Part shown: positions 25,527 to 32,000 of the stretch, one piece after another
How positions within the stretch are numbered: position 1 is the first letter of the stretch
How the letters are laid out: every line of letters begins with the position of its first letter
Assembly: GCA_963711445.1 (NCBI GenBank)
Contig: CAVQEF010000003.1
Span: forward strand, 330,595 to 362,594
Length of the DNA: 32,000 nt
Source: an uncultured Actinomycetota bacterium
GTDB lineage: Bacteria; Actinomycetota; Actinomycetes; Mycobacteriales; Mycobacteriaceae
Direction: 5' to 3'
The notes under the pieces: model-generated
Database searches by the model: none
Seen by the model: the letters and a program-made list of their open reading frames with translations, nothing else
Told to the model about the DNA's origin: nothing
Position numbers and translations under genes: made by a program

Positions 25527-27056
25527 TCACAGGAAGGGCAGGTCGGTGCCGGGCGGAATGAAGCGCAGTACGTCCCCGACGGCCCCGCTCAGCAGCGACA
25601 GCCCCGTCACGCTCGGCTGGCCGAAGTAGAAATTGAGGTGCGGGTTCAGGGTCGGTTCGTACGGATACCCGGTGGGCAGGGCCGACGGCGGGAGGTATCC
25701 GAGATCGACCATGGCGGCCTGCACCCCCTGCACCGCTCCGTGGCCCAGGGCGGGGATGACGGTGAACGGGTTGGGTACCGAGAACAGCGAGGCCGGGGTG
25801 GGGATGTCCGCATAGTTGCCCCCGGGTCCGTAATCGGCGTAGCCCAAATCGACGAGCACCCGCAGGTCGGGCTGGACCAGGTCGGCGATGACGTTGCCGA
25901 CGTAGGGGATCTCGCGGACCTGGTACAGCAGCGGCAGGTCCTGCGTCAGGATCATGTAGTAGTCGGTGTTGCTGCCGCTCGTGGTCGGCAACGGGATGGC
26001 GCCGGCGAGCTCGGTGGGCGTGAGCACCTGGTACTGGGCGTGCACCGCGATGCCGTTGATGGCGTTGAGGTCGGCCAGCAGGTTGAGCGGGTATTGCGGG
26101 AAGTCGGCGATGCCGTCGTATTGGATCGTGTAGACCGACGTGTGCCAGGGCGACTGCGGTGTGGCGCCGTTGAACGACACGTCCAACAGCGGGGCGTAGA
26201 AGCCGGTGAAACGTTCGAACAGGCCCCCGACGGGATTGTTCGGGTCGCCCAGCAGGATGAAGGAGAGCTGGTTCGCGAGGGGCTGCTGGTTCAGGGGCAG
26301 CGCCAGGAGCGCGCGGATTTCCTCGGTGGCAATCGTCGCGCTCTCCGAGTAGCCGACGACCACTCCGTTGTTGCCCGTGACGTTGAGATTCAGCTGGTTC
26401 ACCGAATTCTGCAGCGAGGCCAGACCGGTCGCGACCGACTGGTCGAACGTGTAGGTGGCGGGGACCCACGTCGGTACGCCGCCTTTGAAGACGAGCGTGC
26501 CCGGCCAGAACTGCTCGGGGGTGGTCACGCCGATGGGGTTGATCGCGGCGTTCTGAAAGAGCGGCTGGACGTAGGTGGCCTCGATGTAGTCGATATAGGC
26601 CTGCAGTGGTCCCGGATTGCCGACGCCCCCCATGATCAACGCCGTCACCGGCGACCCCGACTGCGTTAGCAGCGAACTCAGGGCGCCGGTGCCGGCCGAC
26701 GCGGTGCCGGTGGCCGCCGTCTGGCCCAACAGGCTTTGCACCGGCATGCCGAGCTCGCCCGACAGCCAAGCCGCACCGGCCGCTTCGGCTTGCGCATAGG
26801 CGGACCCCGCGGCGGCCAGCCGTTGGGTGAACTCGCTGTGGAAGGCCTCGGCCGCAGTGAGGAGCGCCTGGTATTCCGTGCCGTATGCGGAGAACAGCTT
26901 CGCGACCGCCGCCGACACCTCGTCCTGGGCGGCCGCGACGAAACCGGTGGTGGGGGCGGCCGCGCTGGCCCTGGCCGCACCGATCGCCGAACCGATGGCA
27001 TCGAGCTCGCCGGTCGTCGAGGCCAGTATTTCGGGGTCGGTGATCAGGCCCGACAT
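25527..27056 (-). CDS. PE-family protein with PE-PPE hydrolase-like domain, paralogue D (PE4-like by position)
   Basis: The protein begins MSGLITDPEILASTTGELDAIGSAI and is 509 aa. YAQAE matches the secretion motif. The elbow is GYSES (26340-26354). Confidence 0.85.
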   Translation of the reverse strand: MSGLITDPEILASTTGELDAIGSAIGAARASAAAPTTGFVAAAQDEVSAAVAKLFSAYGTEYQALLTAAEAFHSEFTQRLAAAGSAYAQAEAAGAAWLSGELGMPVQSLLGQTAATGTASAGTGALSSLLTQSGSPVTALIMGGVGNPGPLQAYIDYIEATYVQPLFQNAAINPIGVTTPEQFWPGTLVFKGGVPTWVPATYTFDQSVATGLASLQNSVNQLNLNVTGNNGVVVGYSESATIATEEIRALLALPLNQQPLANQLSFILLGDPNNPVGGLFERFTGFYAPLLDVSFNGATPQSPWHTSVYTIQYDGIADFPQYPLNLLADLNAINGIAVHAQYQVLTPTELAGAIPLPTTSGSNTDYYMILTQDLPLLYQVREIPYVGNVIADLVQPDLRVLVDLGYADYGPGGNYADIPTPASLFSVPNPFTVIPALGHGAVQGVQAAMVDLGYLPPSALPTGYPYEPTLNPHLNFYFGQPSVTGLSLLSGAVGDVLRFIPPGTDLPFL

Positions 27057-27170
27057 CTCCCCGTCCCTCCCCCGTACGAAGCGGAATGCTGGCCGCTGGT
27101 GGCAAGGCCGGTGCCCGCCGAAGCTTCTTTTCTAGCATGGGCGCGCGGCGCCCGGCCCCGACTGGGGAAA

Positions 27171-28559
27171 TCAGTTCAAGATCGGCGGAATGAAGTGCAG
27201 GACGTCCCCGACAGCGCCGCTGAGCACCGACAGCCCCGTGGTGGTGGGCTGGCCGAAGGAGAAATTCAGGTGCGGGCGCAGGCTCGGCACGTACGGGTAG
27301 GTGGTCGGCAGGGCGGATTGCGGCAGATATCCCAGATCCACCAGGGCCGCCTGGACTCCTTGAACCGCTCCGGTGCCCAGGTCGGGGATGACCGTGCACG
27401 GGTTGGGGATCGAGAACAGCGATGCCGGGGTGGGGATGTCGGCATAGTTGGCGCCGGGTCCGTAGTCGGCGTAGCCCAGGTCGACGAGCACCCGCAGGTC
27501 GGGCTGCACCAGGTCGGCGATCGGCGGGCCGATATAGGGGATGTCGCGGATCGGCGCCAGCAGCGGCAGGTTCTGGGTCATGACCATGTAGTACTGGGTG
27601 TCACCGGTGTAGCCCGGGGATGTCGGCAACGGCACCGCGTCGGCGACCTGGGTGGCCGTCAGGTGCGGATACAGCGTGGTGTGGACAGAGAAGAAGCCCA
27701 TGTAGGCGTTGAGGTCCGAGACGACATTGAGCGGGTACTGCGGGAAGTCGGCGATGGGATCGTATTGGCCCGTGTAGACCGTGGTCGGGTAGGGGGAGTT
27801 CGGCGGGGTCGCCCCGTTGAACGCCACGTCCAGGAACGGGACGTAGAGACCGGGGAAGCGCTCGAGGACGCCGCCGACAGGGTTGTTGGGATCCCCGACC
27901 AGCACGAAGGACAGCCGGCCCTGGTAGGGGGAGCCCGCCGCCATCAGGGCCCGGATCTCGTCGGTGGCGATCGTGGCGCTCTGCGAGTAGCCGAAGACCA
28001 CCGCGCTGTTCGCCGGGTCGCTCAGCGTCGTGCTGACCGCGTTGTGCAGCAGCGTGACGCCCTGGGCGACGGACTGGCCGAACGTCATGGTGTTGCCGAT
28101 GTCCGGGGTCGCCGGCCAGAACTGTTCCGGGGTGAACAGGCCCTGCACGGTGGCCGTCCCGAACAGGGGCTTGATGTAGGCGTTGTCGATGCTCGTGAGA
28201 TACGCGGGACCCGGTTGCGGGATATCGGAAGCGCCCATGATGAGGGCATACAGCGGGTCTCCGGACACGGCAGCGGCATTGGCTGCCTCGGCTTGCCCGT
28301 AGGCGGCTGCCGAGGCCGCCAGTGTCCGGGTGAAGTGCGCGTGAAACGTCGCGGCCTGGTCGACGAGCGCCTGGTAGCGCAGGCCGTATGCGCCGAACAG
28401 CCTCGCGACGGCCGCCGACACCTCGTCCCGGGCCGCGGCGATCAGCGCGGTCGTCGGGCCCGCCGCGCGCCCGCCGGCGGCGCCGATCGCCGCGCCGAGG
28501 CGTTCCAGGTCCGCGGCCGCCGACGCCAGCGCTTCGGGATCGGTACTCAAAGACGCCAT
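27171..28559 (-). CDS. PE-family protein with PE-PPE hydrolase-like domain, paralogue E
   Basis: The protein begins MASLSTDPEALASAAADLERLGAAI and is 462 aa. YGQAE matches the secretion motif. The elbow is GYSQS (27978-27992). Confidence 0.85.
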   Translation of the reverse strand: MASLSTDPEALASAAADLERLGAAIGAAGGRAAGPTTALIAAARDEVSAAVARLFGAYGLRYQALVDQAATFHAHFTRTLAASAAAYGQAEAANAAAVSGDPLYALIMGASDIPQPGPAYLTSIDNAYIKPLFGTATVQGLFTPEQFWPATPDIGNTMTFGQSVAQGVTLLHNAVSTTLSDPANSAVVFGYSQSATIATDEIRALMAAGSPYQGRLSFVLVGDPNNPVGGVLERFPGLYVPFLDVAFNGATPPNSPYPTTVYTGQYDPIADFPQYPLNVVSDLNAYMGFFSVHTTLYPHLTATQVADAVPLPTSPGYTGDTQYYMVMTQNLPLLAPIRDIPYIGPPIADLVQPDLRVLVDLGYADYGPGANYADIPTPASLFSIPNPCTVIPDLGTGAVQGVQAALVDLGYLPQSALPTTYPYVPSLRPHLNFSFGQPTTTGLSVLSGAVGDVLHFIPPILN

Positions 28560-28608
28560 CTACGCGGCCCTTTCACTGACCGCGGATGTCAGGCGCGGAT
28601 ACCAGCTA

Positions 28609-28632
28609 CGGACCGACACTAGAGACGGTCCG
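28609..28632 (-). terminator. Hairpin CGGACCG-N10-CGGTCCG about 30 nt downstream of the paralogue F stop
   Basis: The 7-bp perfect stem is 28609-28615 and 28626-28632 with a 10-nt loop. There is no U-tract. It lies in the 103-nt spacer, which must also hold the paralogue E promoter. Confidence 0.25.
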
Positions 28633-28662
28633 CGGATTTGTCCCGGTTACCGCCGTGCCCGA

Positions 28663-30120
28663 TCAGTTCAGGACCGGCGGAATCCAGCGCAGCGCGTTCC
28701 CGAGGGCGCCGCTGAGCACCGACAGCCCCGTCGTGGTCGGCTGGCCGAAGTAGAAGTGCAGGTGCGGGTTCAGCGAGGGGGCCCACGGGTAGGCGTCCGG
28801 GAACATCGACGGCGAGGCCAGCCCGGCTTCCACCCCGATCTCCACCGCGGCGCCGTAGGGGCCCTGCACGGCGCCCAGCGCCAGGTCGGGGATGACCGTG
28901 AACGGGTTGGGCACCGCGAACAGGCCGGCCGGGGTGGGAATGTTGGCGTAGTTGCCGCCCGGTCCGTAGTCGGCGTAGCCGAGGTCGACCAGGACCCTCA
29001 GGTCGGGCTGCACCAGATCGGCGATCGGCGGGCCGACGTAGGGGATGTCGCGGATCGGTTGCAGCAGCGGCAGGTTCTGGGTCATGACCATGTAGTACTG
29101 GGTGTCGCCGGTGTAGCCCGGCGACGTCGGCAACGGAACCGCGTTGGCCACCTGCCCGGGCGTCATGAACGGGTAGGTGTTGTGCACGTAGAAGTAGCCC
29201 GCCAGGGCGTTGAGGTCCGAGACGACATTGAGCGGGTATTGCGGCAAATCGGCGATCGGATCGTATTGCGCCGTGTAGATCGCGGTCGGGTACGGGGAGT
29301 TCGGCGGGGTGGCGCCGTTGAACGCGACGTCCAGGAACGGGATGTAGAAGCCCGGGAAGCGTTCGAGGATGCCGCCGTTGGGGTTGTTCGGGTTGCCGGC
29401 CAGCACGAAGGACAGCTGACCCTGGTAGGGGGAGCCGGCCGCCATCAGGGCCCGGATCTCGTCGGTGGCGATCGTGGCGCTCTGTGAGAAGCCGAAGACG
29501 ACGGCGTGGTTCGTCGACGTGCTCAGCGTCGTGGTGATCGCGTTGTGCAGCTGGGGGATGCCCGCGGCCACGGATTGGCCGAACGTCATGTTGCCGAGTT
29601 GTGGGGTCACCGGCCAGAACTGCTCCGGGGTGAACACTCCCTTCAGGAAGTCGGGGGAATACCGCGGTTGCAGGAACGTGGAGTTGACGGCCGCCAGGTA
29701 GAGGGGGTCGATCTCGGCGGTCCCGGTGAAGCTCATGATCAACGCGTAGAGGGGGTGGCCGGTGGCGGACCCGCTCATCGGGGCCAGTGCGACGGAGCCG
29801 GCGGTGGCGCTCGCCGTTTGCCCGAACAGCGTTGCCGCGGCGGTGGCCTCCGCCCGCTCGTAGGCGCTCGCCGCGGCCGACAGGGCCCGGGCGAACTGCT
29901 GATGGAACGCCGCAGCTTGCCCGACGGCAGCGTGGTACTCCCGCCCGTACTCGGTGAAGAGGTTCGCGACGGCCGCCGACACCTCGTCCCGGGCCGCGGC
30001 CAGCACACCGGTGGTCGGAGCGGCCGCGGTCGCGGTGGCCGCGCCGATCGCCGAACCGATGGTGCCGACGTCGGCGGCCGTTGCCGCCAGAGCTCCTGGC
30101 ACCGTGACCAAGTCCGACAT
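28663..30120 (-). CDS. PE-family protein with PE-PPE hydrolase-like domain, paralogue F
   Basis: The start is ATG at 30120-30118 (MSDLVTVPGALAATAADVGTIGSAI), preceded by AAGGATGGGGGG. The 25 extra track residues are not PE-like. YERAE matches the secretion motif. The elbow is GFSQS (29479-29493). The protein is 485 aa. Confidence 0.85.
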   Translation of the reverse strand: MSDLVTVPGALAATAADVGTIGSAIGAATATAAAPTTGVLAAARDEVSAAVANLFTEYGREYHAAVGQAAAFHQQFARALSAAASAYERAEATAAATLFGQTASATAGSVALAPMSGSATGHPLYALIMSFTGTAEIDPLYLAAVNSTFLQPRYSPDFLKGVFTPEQFWPVTPQLGNMTFGQSVAAGIPQLHNAITTTLSTSTNHAVVFGFSQSATIATDEIRALMAAGSPYQGQLSFVLAGNPNNPNGGILERFPGFYIPFLDVAFNGATPPNSPYPTAIYTAQYDPIADLPQYPLNVVSDLNALAGYFYVHNTYPFMTPGQVANAVPLPTSPGYTGDTQYYMVMTQNLPLLQPIRDIPYVGPPIADLVQPDLRVLVDLGYADYGPGGNYANIPTPAGLFAVPNPFTVIPDLALGAVQGPYGAAVEIGVEAGLASPSMFPDAYPWAPSLNPHLHFYFGQPTTTGLSVLSGALGNALRWIPPVLN

Positions 30121-30214
30121 ATCCCCCCATCCTTCCCCCGGGGTCCCCTTGGGTATTGACCGAGAGTAGGTCCGCGGCGAGGGCGAAGCCGCCATTTGCG
30201 CGATTTCTGCGGGC

Positions 30215-31111
30215 TTACTTCTCCGCGGCTTTCAGGTGCCGGTCCAGGAAAGCGATCTGGTCGCCGACCGCGCGCTCGAACGCGTCACCGACATAGATGT
30301 CGAAATGGCCCACCGGATATGTCTTGACCTCGCCGCGCGGCGCCTTGCGCGCGTAGCGAAGCGTGGGACCCGCCGGGGCGACCGAGTCGTTCTCGCACAC
30401 GCAGAACAAGATCGGGCAGGCGATGTCGGCGGTCAACCGGCCCGGGCGGTAGGCCATGATCTTCAGCGCGATCCGCGCCGCCACCTCGTTGGGCAGCTCC
30501 ACGCCCTCGGGCACCAGCTTCAGGTAGCCCGGGTAGGCGTCGGGGGTGTTCATCAGCGCAACCTCGCCCGGCCTGCCCGCCGCCGGGACCATCACCGGCG
30601 GCCTGCCGAGCCGGGAGGCGACCAGGTCGCGGGCGGCGCGGAGGCCGACCCGCGGAAAGATCAACGGGCTCAGCGTGCGTGCGGAGGCGATACCGTCGGT
30701 GAAGGGGCACTGCGCCACGGCGGCGGCGATGCCGGGCAGCCGGGCCGCCGTGGCGATCACGTGCCCGCCGCCAAAGGAGGTTCCCCACAAGGCGATTCGA
30801 TCGCGGTCGACGCCATCGATGGTGCGTGCGTAGGCGACCGCGGCCGCCCAGTCCGCCAGCTGCATGCCGACGTCGAGCAGTTGGCGGGGGCGGCCCGCGC
30901 TGTCGCCGAAGTTGCGATAGTCGAACACCAGGCAGCCATAACCGGCCGCGCAGAATCGCTCGGCGTAGGCGTCCAGCCGCATGGCGCGCACCGCTCCCAG
31001 GCCGTGCGCCATCACCAGCAGCGGCGCGGGGCCGTCGCCGTCGGGCCGGTAGAGCCACGCGCTGATCTCGTCGCCGCCCGAGGTGAACCGGACATCCTCA
31101 CGGTGCGTCAT
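30215..31111 (-). CDS. Alpha/beta-fold hydrolase
   Basis: The start is ATG at 31111-31109 (MTHREDVRFTSGGDEISAWLYRPDG), preceded by GGGAGAAGGGA. The 106 upstream track residues look non-coding. The nucleophile elbow is GTSFG in IALWGTSFGGGHV. A C-terminal His is present in YPVGHFDIY. Confidence 0.8.
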   Translation of the reverse strand: MTHREDVRFTSGGDEISAWLYRPDGDGPAPLLVMAHGLGAVRAMRLDAYAERFCAAGYGCLVFDYRNFGDSAGRPRQLLDVGMQLADWAAAVAYARTIDGVDRDRIALWGTSFGGGHVIATAARLPGIAAAVAQCPFTDGIASARTLSPLIFPRVGLRAARDLVASRLGRPPVMVPAAGRPGEVALMNTPDAYPGYLKLVPEGVELPNEVAARIALKIMAYRPGRLTADIACPILFCVCENDSVAPAGPTLRYARKAPRGEVKTYPVGHFDIYVGDAFERAVGDQIAFLDRHLKAAEK

Positions 31112-31214
31112 CGCTGTGTCCCTTCTCCCGTGTGGGCGCGGTAGGCACCTCAAAAGTAATGGACTAGTGTCTAGAAACGCTTTTCCAGCGTTCCCCCCAG
31201 GACGGAGCCCACTC
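31112..31214. promoter_or_regulatory. Divergent promoter region between the hydrolase and the DapB-like gene
   Basis: This is the locally AT-richest stretch (CAAAAGTAATGGACTAGTGTCTAGAAACGCTTTTCC). TANNNT candidates are TAGTGT (31165-31170, plus strand) and TACTTT (complement of 31153-31158). A small inverted repeat AACGC-N7-GCGTT lies at 31176-31192. Confidence 0.3.
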
Positions 31215-32000
31215 ATGGCGATCCGCGTCGCACACGTCGGGACAGGGAATGTCGGCCGGCTGGCCCTGGCCGAACTGATCACCAATCCGCTGTTCGAGTT
31301 GACCGGGTTGTGCGTCTCCTCGCCGGAAAAGGTCGGCAAGGACGCCGGCAGCCTGTGCGGGGTGGCGCTGGACGAGGGCGTCGTCACGGGCGTCACGGCC
31401 GTCGCCGACCTCGACGCCGTCCTTGCCACCGGACCCGAATGCGTCGTCTACTGCGCCATGGGCGACACCCGGCTGCCGGACGCGATGGCCGACGTCATGC
31501 GCGTCCTGGCCGCCGGCGTCAACGTCGCCGGGTCCGCGCCGGGGCTGCTGCAGCACCCGTGGGGCGTGATGCCCGACAAGTACATCAATCGAGTCGAAGA
31601 TGCTGCCCGGCAGGGCAATTCGAGCATCTTCATCACCGGCGTCGACCCCGGGTTCATCAACGACCTGCTCGCGTTCGCCCTCGCCGGGACGTGCCGGAGC
31701 ATCGAGCAGGTGCGCTGCATGGAGATCGCCGACTACGCGACCTACGACGGCGCGGAGGTCATGCACTACATGGGCTTCGGCCGGCCCCTGGAAGAGGTGC
31801 CGATGCTGCTGCAACCGGGCGTGCTCAGCATCGCGTGGGGGACCGCGATCCGCCAGCTGGCCGCCGGCCTCGGCGTCGAGGTCGACGAGATCACCGAGTC
31901 ATACCAGCGTGAGCCGGCCCCGGAGGACTTCGACATCGCGGTCGGCCGCGTCGCCAAGGGCACGATGGCCGCGCTGCAGTTCGAGATCCGCGGCATGGTC
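31215..32000 (+). CDS. DapB-N-like NAD(P)-dependent oxidoreductase (amine dehydrogenase / dihydrodipicolinate reductase-like family), 3' end beyond the window
   Basis: This gene is not in the ORF track because it has no in-window stop. My own translation from ATG 31215 (GGACGGAG upstream) gives 262 uninterrupted codons with high GC3. It begins MAIRVAHVGTGNVGRLALAELITNPLFELTGLCVSSPEKVGKDAG..., a GxGxxG Rossmann start. The 216-aa antisense track ORF 31164..31814 is rejected. Confidence 0.65.
   Translation, partial: MAIRVAHVGTGNVGRLALAELITNPLFELTGLCVSSPEKVGKDAGSLCGVALDEGVVTGVTAVADLDAVLATGPECVVYCAMGDTRLPDAMADVMRVLAAGVNVAGSAPGLLQHPWGVMPDKYINRVEDAARQGNSSIFITGVDPGFINDLLAFALAGTCRSIEQVRCMEIADYATYDGAEVMHYMGFGRPLEEVPMLLQPGVLSIAWGTAIRQLAAGLGVEVDEITESYQREPAPEDFDIAVGRVAKGTMAALQFEIRGMV

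Noticed and set aside
25513-28622. 628-aa ORFs on both strands (25513..27399 minus, 26736..28622 plus), plus similar ORFs at 28619..30130, 23819..24889 and 24382..25629
   Set aside because: They are alternative frames or antisense of the PE-hydrolase genes. Their composition is dominated by Arg, Gly and Pro. The chosen frames give canonical PE N-termini, YxxxE and GxSxS motifs.
13568-30120. Possibility that the PE genes are PE_PGRS genes or contain repeat arrays
   Set aside because: There are no Gly-Gly-Ala or Gly-Gly-Asn repeat tracts. After the PE domain each has a globular PE-PPE-type domain, with only short Ala/Thr/Gly linkers.
31164-31814. 216-aa minus-strand ORF at the right end
   Set aside because: It is antisense to a 262-codon uninterrupted plus-strand frame that begins with a Rossmann motif and a good SD. 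The minus product is Arg/Gly/Asp/His-rich.

Overview
This is a high-GC mycobacterial chromosome segment of the slow-grower type, with PE-family genes, ptpB and pntAB. I call 31 protein-coding genes, two of them cut by the window edges. I see no rRNA, tRNA, CRISPR array, transposase or integrase. From my memory of M. tuberculosis H37Rv (not checked here), the gene order follows the Rv0137c (msrA) to Rv0160c (PE4) region. The order is: msrA, SnoaL-like, epimerase-type SDR, DUF427, NTF2-like, HhH-GPD glycosylase, [dps], ClC channel, [pirin]-TetR, two LCMT-type SAM methyltransferases, class-3 aldehyde dehydrogenase, SDR, quinone oxidoreductase, two PE-hydrolase genes, ptpB-fadE2, [DUF1348], pntAa-pntAb-pntB, [41-codon ORF], TetR, four PE-hydrolase genes, alpha/beta hydrolase, DapB-like oxidoreductase (partial). 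Bracketed genes are ones I do not recall at this locus in H37Rv. The ORF track needs several corrections. True starts are shorter for ptpB, fadE2, two PE genes, the hydrolase, dps and the aldehyde dehydrogenase. Four genes are missing from or hidden in the track: msrA 5' end, DUF1348, the 41-codon ORF and the final partial gene. Most long Arg/Gly/Pro-rich ORFs are antisense artefacts of high GC. I found no convincing new multi-gene system (defence, toxin-antitoxin or secretion machine). The most unusual content is six paralogous PE-domain plus PE-PPE serine-hydrolase genes in two blocks (2 + 4) that bracket ptpB; the second block looks expanded by tandem duplication. Other points worth a second look are a ClC channel with a CBS plus RCK_C-like tail, an unannotated small ORF divergent from a TetR gene with a palindromic operator candidate, and several candidate regulatory sites.
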